A stretch of DNA of 64,000 bases from Candidatus Bathyarchaeia archaeon (GCA_049515895.1 JBEKTQ010000023.1:14224-78223), one strand, 5' to 3'; numbered from the stretch's first letter, positions 52,017-61,464 are shown. The notes: a model not told the origin generated them from the letters alone. A program made the numbers and translations.

Positions 52017-52409
52017 GTGAGAGAAGGAATGAGGCGTAGACAAGATTTTACTGTACAGGTTGAGAGGCGCATTTGCCATCTTCAACGAACCGCGAAGGTA
52101 GACACACAAGGGTTAAGGAACAGGTGGATTGAGGAACTTGATCAATTGTTTGGCATCGCTACTTCGATTGCGAAAGGCGAAGTTACAAAACAGCAGGTTG
52201 ACGATAAATTACAGTCGATAACTCCAAAAGAACGACAGCTGTGGGCGCAAATAGCAGCAAACATTGGAATGGTCATGGGCAACATATCAAAAGGGTACGA
52301 TGAACGACAGTTCAATGAAGACCTAGCCGAACTCGAACGACAAGTAGATCAGGTCCAAAAGCTACTTGGCGGAACTGAGCAAGCAGAAGGCAGAAGCGGC
52401 ACGGAATAA
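52017..52409 (+). CDS. hypothetical helical protein, possibly proviral
   Basis: 130-aa ORF with GGAGGTG upstream; helical; isolated in a decayed region. Confidence 0.6.
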   Translation: MREGMRRRQDFTVQVERRICHLQRTAKVDTQGLRNRWIEELDQLFGIATSIAKGEVTKQQVDDKLQSITPKERQLWAQIAANIGMVMGNISKGYDERQFNEDLAELERQVDQVQKLLGGTEQAEGRSGTE

Positions 52410-52568
52410 TTGCTTAATCGCAAATGACGCAATTTTCCGATTTTTTGATTTTAAGACTAAGAATGGCTGAAACTCTTTGAAAAACAAACTGTTCATTCTC
52501 CAAAGGCGCCCGCCAAAACCTGCCTGCAACTGCGAAAGTTTTAAAGATTGATGTGCCCCTACACGTTC

Positions 52569-52624
52569 GGTGTTGGATCGTAGGCGGTGGGGTAGGGGTC
52601 CATTGAGACCGTATACCCTATATA
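52569..52624 (+). ncRNA. paralogous 5' part of the 53011 ncRNA candidate
   Basis: About 56-bp near-identical copy, preceded by its own TGCGAAAGTTTTAAAG BRE/TATA (52531-52546). Confidence 0.45.
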
Positions 52625-52970
52625 TGTTTCATAAAAATCATCCGGAGAACGCAAAAACCATCTCAGCGTTGTGATGAAAGAATTACAAGCAACCACATTT
52701 GAACTTAAAAACAACGAAAAACCGAATCTCAATGTTTGAAGGGAAAGAAAAGAAAAATGCCGAATGAAAGACTATGTTGTCCAAAATGCGGGTCTGAGGC
52801 GATAGAGAAAAACCAGAATCAAGAGAAACGTTGCAAGCAATGTGGAAAAATATTCTATTTTGTCACGCCTGAATGCGGTTCGCAATTTAGCCCTGAAAGA
52901 TACAATCTTTAAAGCAGATGAGACAAGTACCAAAATTTTAAGCAAAAGCCAGAAAAAACTATATGTCATG

Positions 52971-52986
52971 TGCGAAGGGTTTAAAG
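52971..52986 (+). promoter_or_regulatory. BRE/TATA promoter of the ncRNA candidate
   Basis: TGCGAAGGGTTTAAAG about 25 bp upstream of G53011; same motif and spacing at the paralog. Confidence 0.6.
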
Positions 52987-53010
52987 CTCCTTCTACGCCT
53001 TTTAGTTTTC

Positions 53011-53140
53011 GGCGGTGGATCTTAGGCGGTGGGGTAGGGGTCCATTGAAACCGTAAACCCTCTATACGACGGGCTGACACCTGCGGATGAGGCGTAAAAG
53101 GCCGCCTGGATCTTCATTCCCGAAACATTGGTCCACCGCT
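53011..53140 (+). ncRNA. unassigned structured ncRNA candidate
   Basis: GC-rich; 11-bp terminal helix GGCGGUGGAUC/GGUCCACCGCU, inner helix UAGGCGGU/GCCGCCUG, CUGA..GAUGA K-loop-like motif. Confidence 0.6.
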
Positions 53141-53234
53141 ACTGCTCGCCGCTGGCGTGCTAACTCACCTTACTAACCGATAAATTGAAAAAGCCAAACG
53201 TGGTAGAAAGAAGAAAAAGCATGAGGGAATCAGA

Positions 53235-53471
53235 ATGGTGAAACTTAACAAGATAGACGAGAAAGTTGTGGCCGCACTTAAGCCAAAGGGCAAAGAGTTG
53301 GGACTTCAAGAATTAACCGATCAGACGGGTGAGAGCTCGAAGAAGGTGTTCCGTTCACTGCGTAAACTCTTCGAAAACGAAATTATTTCAACCCAAGCCC
53401 GCAAGTACTGCCTCACAGGCAAAATGCCCGGCGGCAAAGGCGACGAAGAACCCGAGGAACCCCCAGAATAG
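53235..53471 (+). CDS. small wHTH protein
   Basis: LGLQELTDQTGES.KKVFRSLRKLFE..II. Confidence 0.75.
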   Translation: MVKLNKIDEKVVAALKPKGKELGLQELTDQTGESSKKVFRSLRKLFENEIISTQARKYCLTGKMPGGKGDEEPEEPPE

Positions 53472-53528
53472 AACCTCAGCACTCATTTTTTATCAGACAA
53501 CGGTCTCAAAACCAGGACAGATTTTGGA

Positions 53529-53605
53529 TGGAGCCTCGAGCGGGCCTTGCTCCCGCGGCCTGCTGCTTACAAGGCAGCCGCTCTACTGGGCTGAGCTATC
53601 GAGGC
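53529..53605 (-). tRNA. tRNA-Thr(UGU), CCA encoded, non-canonical T loop
   Basis: GCCTCGA-TA-GCTC-AGCCCAGTA-GAGC-G-GCTGC-CTTGTAA-GCAGC-AGGCC-GCGGG-AGCAAGG-CCCGC-TCGAGGC-T-CCA; all four stems pair. Confidence 0.9.
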
Positions 53606-53782
53606 GCAGTCTGGATTAACCAGTTTTACACCCTTCACATTAAAGATTAAACAAATAAAAGTTACTGCTAAGATTCGAGTGGCTGAAACAAAATATTCAA
53701 AGGTTTTGACAAAATCAGGCGCAGATCGTGCTGGTTGGTGAAGGATAATATTTTTTAGTGTGCCTAACAGAATTGCTGGTAG

Positions 53783-54073
53783 GTGACTTGGTTGGTAAAA
53801 ACGCAGAAGTACTTGGCTATGATTAGGATTAGCCCTAACATGGCTGCGAAATTGTATGAGCCGCTGATGGAGTTCAGCGAAAGCCCGATTCCTGGTGTGA
53901 CTCTTGAGGAAGCTTATCAAGTGTTCGGCCGATGGGATTTCGCGGTTCTTTTTCAGGCAGACACAAACGAGAACGCACTGCATTTTGTCGGAGACAGAAT
54001 CCGTTTAGTAGAAGGAGTCATGGAAACATACACAATTCCGCTGACGCCGATAAAGAATTACCGAAAAAAGTAA
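53783..54073 (+). CDS. GYD/Lrp-like ferredoxin-fold protein
   Basis: AYQVFGRWDFAVLF.A......FV...IR.VEGV.ET.T. Confidence 0.7.
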   Translation: MTWLVKTQKYLAMIRISPNMAAKLYEPLMEFSESPIPGVTLEEAYQVFGRWDFAVLFQADTNENALHFVGDRIRLVEGVMETYTIPLTPIKNYRKK

Positions 54074-54569
54074 CTGCCATCCACGCGTTTGAACGTTCTT
54101 AATCAGCCATATTAAGAGCTAATGCGCGCGTGAAAGGAATTCAATCCTGCGCCCTACAAGAGAGTTCACCCGTAAGCGCTCTTTTTTCTGTAGGCATTTT
54201 CGGAGATGCAGCTTACGTTTGAATGCGACATGCGTGATACTTTCTAAAATTTTGACCCAGGAAGGAAGTAAAGGTTCCTCGTTTGAGCTAATAATAGTAT
54301 TTTTTATTATTTCTGCCTACGACGAGGCTGTCTACGCCTCAGGAAGTCCCCCTCTAACACAACTCGTAGCAAAGCATGAATTCTATTCATAATTCTTATG
54401 GTCAATATGAATTGCTATTTCATAAGCCATAAGTGGGAAAATGGGTGAAAACACTATTGAATTTGGAACGGTTGATGTGACTATGGCTTTTATCAATATG
54501 AGAGAAGTTAGCGATTGCTTAAACGACAAATCCATGCATATCATGCCTCACGACTGTGGGATGAACTAA

Positions 54570-55682
54570 ATGCAAATGTTACGTTTAGTTTTAGTGTTAA
54601 TAACAATTGCATGTATCGCAGGGCCAATTGGAACCGTCGCGATAATCTATCGAAATAATTTAAGCCAGATGGTTGTAACGCCTCAACTCCAACAACTATT
54701 CAATAGTAATAACAACTCAAATAATAACGGGAATAATAACAATTATAATTCGAATAATAACAACCTCCCAAATAATGGTGCCCCAAATAATGGAGGAAAC
54801 ATTAACAATAATAATCCACCTATAATCGGTTCAATGAACAGTTTTGGCGGCTCAGGCCAATTTGACGTCACTACTCCGAATAATCAAAACGCAGCCGGAA
54901 TACAAGCAAACATTAATTGTTTAGTTTCCCTTAATGGAAACAACATCCAACTTGGCTTAGACTTATCACCAACAAGCGTTCCCAGCAGTCTTCAGTCAAC
55001 ATTTAGTAACACCGATTATCTCTTCAACTTTGACGGGACAACATCCGGCACAAGTTCTGGCACGCAGATTACTGCAAACGCTCAAGGAAGTCTGAGTTCA
55101 GGCAGCACATTTAACTTAAACTTAAGTGGAACAATCGACCAAGCCCAAGATACATTATCATTCACATTAACATCTGCGCAAAACTCCCAAACAAGCATAA
55201 CCACTCCTCAAACAATAAGCCTGCATCCCAACGGTAACAACAACAATAGCGGCAACAACAATAATGGAAACAACTCAAACAATAATTATAACAACAACTC
55301 TGGAGGAGGAGTAAGTCCAGTTTTCCTCAGCGGTCAGGTTGACACTGTCCATAAAACAGTAACGTTGACTTTCTCCTTAAACAACGGTTTAAGCCAAGGC
55401 ACGACAATAAACTCTATGAGCGGAACCGTAGAAATAACCGCTGATCAATACACCATAGGAACCGTCAGTAGTAATGGTCCGATTACAATTCCTGCAGGCC
55501 AATCGGCTACCATCACCGTTTCAGGCGCTTTAACCCAAAACGGTCTAAACTATTTGAGTGATCACTATAGCCATGTCGCTTCATTGGATGTCACGGTTGT
55601 TAACGGCCAAATGACAGAAAACGGCGTAACAAATCAAGGAGCACAATCCCAGGATTTGGGTAATATCGCATTAAGCTGGTGA
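54570..55682 (+). CDS. membrane-anchored Asn-rich protein with a LEA-2-like C-terminal domain
   Basis: N-terminal TM, two poly-Asn linkers, beta-rich domains. Confidence 0.8.
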   Translation: MQMLRLVLVLITIACIAGPIGTVAIIYRNNLSQMVVTPQLQQLFNSNNNSNNNGNNNNYNSNNNNLPNNGAPNNGGNINNNNPPIIGSMNSFGGSGQFDVTTPNNQNAAGIQANINCLVSLNGNNIQLGLDLSPTSVPSSLQSTFSNTDYLFNFDGTTSGTSSGTQITANAQGSLSSGSTFNLNLSGTIDQAQDTLSFTLTSAQNSQTSITTPQTISLHPNGNNNNSGNNNNGNNSNNNYNNNSGGGVSPVFLSGQVDTVHKTVTLTFSLNNGLSQGTTINSMSGTVEITADQYTIGTVSSNGPITIPAGQSATITVSGALTQNGLNYLSDHYSHVASLDVTVVNGQMTENGVTNQGAQSQDLGNIALSW

Positions 55683-56242
55683 ATATGATGGAAAAAATCA
55701 ATTTCGTAGGATTAGCGGCTGGAATTTCAAGTTTGATTCTGATTGCCATCTCGTTTTTTATTCCCTGGTGGCAATTCACGGCTAGTAATCCAGCGAATGT
55801 CCAAGTTAGATTCTCGCCAGTCAACTTTAACCTGTCACATGCCGGCGTCTCAGTTGCGATACCTTTGGTTTTGGCTTTGAACATAGCCTGCTTGCTTACT
55901 CTGCTGGCAGGAGGTATCGCGCTTGTTGTCTACGCTTTGAAACCAACCAAGCCTTACTCTAAGCAGTTGCTTGGTTTCGGATACAAAAAACCAATCTACA
56001 CGCTGGTGGCTTTCATCGCAATATTGATCGCGTTGCCCATCATAATACAAGTCTTTAGCGGAATAAACGTGCCAATTAACAGTTCAGCAACGATAACTCC
56101 TCATGGCTCAAGCCAAAGCGCTAACGTCTCAACACTCATTAATTGGCCTTTCTACTTCGCTATCGTAGTCACTGGACTGAGCATTGCAGCAAGAATGGTT
56201 CATGGGAAAATAGCTAAATCCGCAGTACTTCCCCCTCAATAG
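55679..56242 (+). CDS. membrane protein (about 4 TMs), coupled to the upstream gene
   Basis: PWW after TM1, GYKKP, FY.AI..; GTGA overlap. Confidence 0.8.
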   Translation: MNMMEKINFVGLAAGISSLILIAISFFIPWWQFTASNPANVQVRFSPVNFNLSHAGVSVAIPLVLALNIACLLTLLAGGIALVVYALKPTKPYSKQLLGFGYKKPIYTLVAFIAILIALPIIIQVFSGINVPINSSATITPHGSSQSANVSTLINWPFYFAIVVTGLSIAARMVHGKIAKSAVLPPQ

Positions 56243-56464
56243 CATAGTGCGCCTTTTGAGTTGTTTTCTCTTAATCAGAACCGTTCCAAGTAAAGATACT
56301 AAAAATAAGAAGTGCAATAACTGCAATTGTTGATGGAGACTCTCGAACAGAAGTTAAGCTATTGCCGATACTACTCATGCTTATTTTAAGAAACTATGGC
56401 AAACTGAATTTGCTACAAAGATGGAAATGGCGACAGCAAACTAGAAAATCCTTACCTGAAATGA

Positions 56465-56821
56465 CTACAAACTTCTGTAATAAGTTTCTTCGTCTATTAT
56501 TTCCTTAATTGTCTTTTTCTCTATTTTCATATCTTTGACCAAAATCTCTAAAGCTTTCCTTACCTCCAGATTACGTCTAATACTCAATGGGTCTGATGTA
56601 ACTCTGTATCCCAACCCATTCATAATATCGAGGAGATTAAAGGAAAGATGCATGTTCCCTTTATTGTTCAGAAAAGACATTATTCGGTCTTCAAGTGAAT
56701 GTACTTCTCCAGAATCCCATTCATCATTAACTATTGGCATTTTTCGCCCAGTTTCTATCCTTCGATTTGTAGATTTAAGACTTCTTGCTTTTTCTTTCTT
56801 AATCCGTTTTACCATTTCCAT
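56465..56821 (-). CDS. wHTH-like protein (likely start at MPIVNDEW), paralog of 58995-59267
   Basis: MPI..EW.SG...LED.I..FL...DI..GLGY...AL..LVK...E.KTIK......YY. Confidence 0.75.
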   Translation of the reverse strand: MEMVKRIKKEKARSLKSTNRRIETGRKMPIVNDEWDSGEVHSLEDRIMSFLNNKGNMHLSFNLLDIMNGLGYRVTSDPLSIRRNLEVRKALEILVKDMKIEKKTIKEIIDEETYYRSL

Positions 56822-56983
56822 TCAAGTTGGCACTCAAAAGTTTAGACCAAAATAACGAACCTAGAATAGGTTTTTTGACATAATCCATTCCAGAAATATC
56901 CCTTTTAAGACTTAGAAACAATCTCTTGTTTCTAGTTCGAGGAGAGAGGAGAGCTTCAAAAGTGATAGGCCAGAGGCAACTTT

Positions 56984-57154
56984 ATGATCTGTGATTGGTG
57001 TGGAAAGAATTATTCGGAGACATTGCAGAGTAAAGAAGTTTTCCACATACTGAAAGGGTATGCATTCACCCCAGTTATTTGTGATGATTGTTACAGTAAA
57101 TTGAAAAAAACAGAATCATCTACCTTAGACGCAAAAGAACCCAAAAATCATTAA
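56984..57154 (+). CDS. zinc-finger microprotein (56 aa)
   Basis: MICDWCGK...VICDDCYSKL; below the ORF-track cutoff. Confidence 0.6.
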   Translation: MICDWCGKNYSETLQSKEVFHILKGYAFTPVICDDCYSKLKKTESSTLDAKEPKNH

Positions 57155-57322
57155 GCCATCAATCATGCTTGTTTTTCTTTAACGTGTAGAAAGAGAGCCT
57201 TTGCTTTGGAAAGCCCAAAAAATAGTTCGGTGCAAAGGCTACTTCACTTTGACTTAGCCCTCACCTTATGTGGAAGGTAGTTTCAAAACATCACTTTTAA
57301 ACGTCCAGCATAATCTGACAGC

Positions 57323-57496
57323 ATGGATTTAACTAGACCTTGTGATGCTTGTGGCAAAATGATTGGTGGAGCATTCAAACATTGTCCCAAATGCCAAATT
57401 TACTTCTGCTACGTATGTTGGATTGAGTTAATGTATTTTCAAAAGAAGTCGCTGATAGAATGCCCTGCCTGTGGCGAGAAACTTCTAGGTTCTTAA
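57323..57496 (+). CDS. C4C4 RING-like microprotein (57 aa)
   Basis: CDAC-x10-CPKC-x4-CYVC-x14-CPAC. Confidence 0.7.
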   Translation: MDLTRPCDACGKMIGGAFKHCPKCQIYFCYVCWIELMYFQKKSLIECPACGEKLLGS

Positions 57497-57579
57497 GGCA
57501 GTATTCCAGCAAAGTATTCAAAGTTAATAAATATTAAATCTGCATAATTACGATACTCAATCAATGGTGAAACATTGAT

Positions 57580-57822
57580 ATGAGCAATAAAACCTTTGCC
57601 ATGTTTATACTAGTTATCGGTTTAGCTTTCTTAATCGTGGGTGCTGGTGTTGCCATATCTTCCATGAACCAAGCGATAGATAGCCCATTTATGGCAAGCG
57701 CCAACAATGTTAACACTACTTGGAACACTGAAACAGCCGGTATTGTAATAGCTGTGATTGGAGCGCTTCTAATTCTTTTGGGAATATGGATTCTTTTTCA
57801 GAAGCCATTTTTTATGCTTTAG
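57580..57822 (+). CDS. small two-TM membrane protein
   Basis: GGTGA RBS, two hydrophobic helices. Confidence 0.7.
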   Translation: MSNKTFAMFILVIGLAFLIVGAGVAISSMNQAIDSPFMASANNVNTTWNTETAGIVIAVIGALLILLGIWILFQKPFFML

Positions 57823-58063
57823 CCACTGCCTAAATCAGGGAAAGATAGCTTATGATACGATATCATTTGATAAGATTAGCCTTAAGTCTGCAACGCTTGT
57901 TTTTAAGTTGTTTTTTTGAGATCGTTTCTTGTTTAGCTTAGCATCAAAGACTAAGGATAGCCCGGTCCATGACTTGGCGTGGGAAGGCCTTCAAAATCCG
58001 GGTCTAAGGCGGAAAAGGCAGAAGCCCTGGCGCCTATTTGCAGATATAAACGCATAGAACAAA

Positions 58064-58231
58064 TTAATAGTGAACGTACATGTGCATTATCTGCACAATC
58101 TTGTCCGAGTCGTAGCCGGCTTTGACGAGCCAATAGATCGCTTCCTTTATGCATTGTATGTATTCTGGATCAGAAGCAATACATGCGGCCAAGCCTGCAA
58201 TGGCGACGCATCCGATTACTAAAGCTAGCAT
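58064..58231 (-). CDS. hypothetical microprotein (55 aa)
   Basis: MLALVIGCVAIAGLAACIASDPEYIQCIKEAIYWLVKAGYDSDKIVQIMHMYVHY; TATA-like sequence upstream. Confidence 0.4.
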   Translation of the reverse strand: MLALVIGCVAIAGLAACIASDPEYIQCIKEAIYWLVKAGYDSDKIVQIMHMYVHY

Positions 58232-58606
58232 TTATTTAGCCTAAGTCAAAGATGCCAGCCCAGACTAATATATCTTACTACTTAATACAAAATTGAAGAC
58301 TTTAGCTGCGAAGAAGAACAAGGTCTTCGGCGCTTTATCTTATCGTCAGAACATATGAAACAAATAGACAAAATATCAATCGACTTATTTTATGCTTGGA
58401 AACCTTTGGAAAGCCTTTCCACCCGAACTATACGGGAAAAAAGGGAGCGCGAAAACAAACTTCCTTTGAAATATCCCATGTGCGGAGGACCTGCTCAGGA
58501 GAACCGATTGTTTGGAGGCGATATCTCGTTAAGCATTACCCGGGTAAGACAAGCCTTTGGAAGTGTTGTGTTCGGGACAGAAGAGACCTGGGAAAAAACT
58601 TTACTG

Positions 58607-58894
58607 TCATTCTATGCATTCTGAAATTTCTGGGTGCCTGCTTAATTCATCAAGAGACTTGTTTAGCAATACATTGTCTCCAACGGTAGCAACTAATGAG
58701 ACGGGCACACACACAATTGAGCTTCTAAATCTTTTTTTGAATCCAAGGTCTTCAGAAGCTGGTTTCGACAACTTCACATTTAAATGCGTAATTTGCCAAT
58801 TGGTAGTATTCATTTCTATGCCTTTAACCTCTCCGAGATCAAAACCGCCTGCACAAATAACAAATTTTCCTGAAAGATTTTCAAAAGTCACCAA
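58607..58894 (-). CDS. PRC-barrel domain protein
   Basis: L.GK.VI...G..LGEV..IE.....WQITHL.V...V..VGDNVLL. Confidence 0.85.
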   Translation of the reverse strand: MVTFENLSGKFVICAGGFDLGEVKGIEMNTTNWQITHLNVKLSKPASEDLGFKKRFRSSIVCVPVSLVATVGDNVLLNKSLDELSRHPEISECIE

Positions 58895-58994
58895 AACATT
58901 TCACCATTTTAATTATTAAAAAAAATCAGCAATATAATTCTTCCTATAATTGCAGGCTTAGTTCTAATATATTGGCGCTCTACGTTTTTCAGAT

Positions 58995-59267
58995 TCAAGA
59001 CTTAGCCTTATAGTAGACTTGCTCTCCATCCGGCTGCTTTATTGTTTTTGCTTCTACTGTTCCTTTTTTGACTAATTTGTCCAATGCGTTTTGAATAGAA
59101 AAGGCTGCAACAAGGTTCTCCAAATTTAGGTCATTGTCGTATCCTAAACCACTAGCAATATCGCCGTAGTTGACAGGGTACGCATTTCGTCTTAGAAATG
59201 CAAGAATTTGATCTTCCAGTGTATCCGCTGTTCTACCACTATTCCATTCTTCATTACTAATTGGCAT
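58995..59267 (-). CDS. wHTH-like protein, paralog of 56465-56821
   Basis: MPISNEEWNSG...LEDQILAFL..DIASGLGY..ALDKLVKKG.VE.K.....YY. Confidence 0.8.
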   Translation of the reverse strand: MPISNEEWNSGRTADTLEDQILAFLRRNAYPVNYGDIASGLGYDNDLNLENLVAAFSIQNALDKLVKKGTVEAKTIKQPDGEQVYYKAKS

Positions 59268-59268
59268 T

Positions 59269-59424
59269 CTAATCCCAATTCCTAAGTTTTAATCTCAAAA
59301 GAAGCCTGTCATCAGCGAAAGCCCGTTTTACTCTCACACCTGCGCTTTCCATGGTCGTGTGGGAAGTAAGAATCCGCTTCACCTTTCTCAAGGAACCCGT
59401 GTGCAAAGATTCAATGTGGCTCAT
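59269..59424 (-). pseudogene. truncated pirin-family N-terminal fragment
   Basis: RKVKRILTSHTTMESAGVRVKRAF resembles the pirin N-terminus (..T.EGAGV.V.R.F), then terminates. Confidence 0.55.
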
Positions 59425-59787
59425 AATTGACGACCTATCCTAAACTCAAGCTATTTGTCGCCAGACTTTAAGGTATGTGGTAGGACAATTGCAATAACAA
59501 GGTACCGCATTTCTCCAATGTCGAAACTGACAAAACGACTGCCGGCAGAGCGCGGGCGAATGCAGAAACGGTTCTTTAACTGATGCAAATTAATTTGGGT
59601 AAGTTCTATTGACTGTGGATTGCACAATTGATTCAACGTCTGAGATGTTCTTCAACAGTTCGTCAGGAATAAAAGCAAGAGATCGTGTGTTACGGCTGTC
59701 GTCCAATCACTACGCTAAAAAACAAGTAATGCCTTAACAAGAATGGAGAAATTAGAAATGGAGAAGACAAATTGTAAAATACATTCT

Positions 59788-59832
59788 AAGCCGAGCATAA
59801 TTCTTGTTCATGGTGAATGGGCCGATGGTTCA
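59788..59832 (+). pseudogene. alpha/beta-hydrolase N-terminal fragment
   Basis: KPSIILVHGEWADGS resembles KPTIVLVHGAWADGS; frame breaks afterwards. Confidence 0.55.
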
Positions 59833-59898
59833 ATCCGGAAACATGTGATTCATAGGCATGCGTCGAACTCTTTGGCCAGATAGTGGAGGAGAAACTGC

Positions 59899-61305
59899 AT
59901 GACAAAAACACGAGAAGAAAGAGACAGCCTTGGCATCGTTGAAGTTCCTGCGGATAAATTATGGGGGGCTCAAACCCAACGTTCGATAGAGCACTTCAAT
60001 ATTGGCAAGGATTTGATTCCTCGTGAGATGATTGACTCATATTCAATTTTGAAGAAGGCAGCTGCACAAGCAAATCATGCTAGCGGCCGACTCAACGATG
60101 AGCAATTTCGATTAATTACTCGGGTTTGTGACGAGATCTTGGCGGGTCAGCATCGGGACATGTTTCCGTTGCATGTATGGATGACTGGCAGCGGAACCCA
60201 GTTCAACATGAACGTAAATGAAGTAATTTCCAACCGCTGTTGCCAGCTGGCAGGGACTCCACTGGGAAGCATGAGACCCGTGCACCCAAACGACCACGTA
60301 AATATGTCTCAATCATCCAATGACACCTTTCCCTCAGCAATGAACATTGCCGCTGCGGTAAACACCAAGCAACAGCTCATTCCGGCTGTGCAAGCTTTGC
60401 AAGAATCCATCAGTAAGAAGGCCGAAGAGTGGAAAGATATCATCAAAATTGGCCGCACGCACATGCAGGATGCTACGCCGCTGACATTGGGACAGGAATG
60501 GTCAGGATACGCTGAGATGTTGTCAGACGATGTCGAGAGAATTGAGGCAGCACTACAAGGAATATACAGATTGGCTCTCGGTGGAACGGCTGTCGGAACA
60601 GGCTTGAATTCCACGCCAGACTTCGCCAAAGCCGCAACAGCTAATATCGCTGCGATCACAGGCTTGCCCTTTAAAACTGCACCAAACAAGTTCGCCGTCC
60701 AAGGTGCGCATGATGATTTGGTTCATCTATCTGGTGCCTTTAGAACTCTCGCAGTTTCTCTTTATAAAATTGCAAACGATATACGCCTGATGTCTTGCGG
60801 TCCACGCGCAGGGTTTGCTGAACTGTCGATTCCCTCAAATGAGCCTGGTTCTTCGATAATGCCTGGTAAAGTAAACCCAACTCAATGTGAGGCAATCACT
60901 ATGATCGCTGCACAAGTCATGGCAAACGACGTCGCCGTAGGTTTTGGCGGAGCAGGTGGATACCTTGAGATGAACGTTTACAAACCACTTATCATCTACA
61001 ACATAACCCATTCAATAACTATTTTGTCCGATGGTTGCACTAACTTCAGAAAGTATTTGATAGAGGGTACCGTCCCTAATGTAAAAAAGATCAAGGAATA
61101 TGTTGATCGCTCGCTAATGTTAGTGACAGCGCTTTCGCCAGTGATAGGATACGATAAGGCTTCCAAGATTGCCCATTACGCTTTGGACAACGATTTGACC
61201 CTCAAGGAAGCGGCTTTGAAACTGGGCTTTGTCTCAGAGATTGAATATGACCGCATAGTTGATCCTAGGAAAATGGTTCACCCTTATATTGCAACTAATG
61301 CTTGA
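59899..61305 (+). CDS. fumC: class II fumarate hydratase
   Basis: [60 protein letters not shown]. Confidence 0.97.
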   Translation: MTKTREERDSLGIVEVPADKLWGAQTQRSIEHFNIGKDLIPREMIDSYSILKKAAAQANHASGRLNDEQFRLITRVCDEILAGQHRDMFPLHVWMTGSGTQFNMNVNEVISNRCCQLAGTPLGSMRPVHPNDHVNMSQSSNDTFPSAMNIAAAVNTKQQLIPAVQALQESISKKAEEWKDIIKIGRTHMQDATPLTLGQEWSGYAEMLSDDVERIEAALQGIYRLALGGTAVGTGLNSTPDFAKAATANIAAITGLPFKTAPNKFAVQGAHDDLVHLSGAFRTLAVSLYKIANDIRLMSCGPRAGFAELSIPSNEPGSSIMPGKVNPTQCEAITMIAAQVMANDVAVGFGGAGGYLEMNVYKPLIIYNITHSITILSDGCTNFRKYLIEGTVPNVKKIKEYVDRSLMLVTALSPVIGYDKASKIAHYALDNDLTLKEAALKLGFVSEIEYDRIVDPRKMVHPYIATNA

Positions 61306-61464
61306 GATTTCGCTAAGAAAATTGACATGGGTTCGCCGACATCTTGTGATTCGGCTCTAAAAGAAATGAGCGATCCGTCCTGAGCTCGCAGGAACGATCC
61401 AATCTAAGTCTCACCTTCGCTCAATATTACTTTGGCTACTTGGACGCGTTATTCTAGCTGAAAA

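Noticed and set aside
52595-53052. CCATTGAAAC / CCATTGAGAC resembling CRISPR repeat 3' ends
   Set aside because: Only two copies about 440 bp apart, no spacer periodicity, no cas genes in the window
52772-53080. ORFs 52772..53080 (-) and 52842..53048 (+)
   Set aside because: No motifs; they overlap the ncRNA promoter and 5' domain, which explain the sequence better
53011-53140. 5S rRNA, SRP RNA, RNase P RNA or TPP riboswitch identity for the ncRNA candidate
   Set aside because: Lacks the 5S loop C CCGAAC, the SRP helix 8 motif and the RNase P GAGGAAAGUCC; the UGAGA/AUACCC resemblance to TPP is partial and no thiamine gene follows
58355-58689. Overlapping + strand ORFs, possibly a decayed CPxCG-type gene
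   Set aside because: Only a YPMCGG remnant is visible; not enough to call
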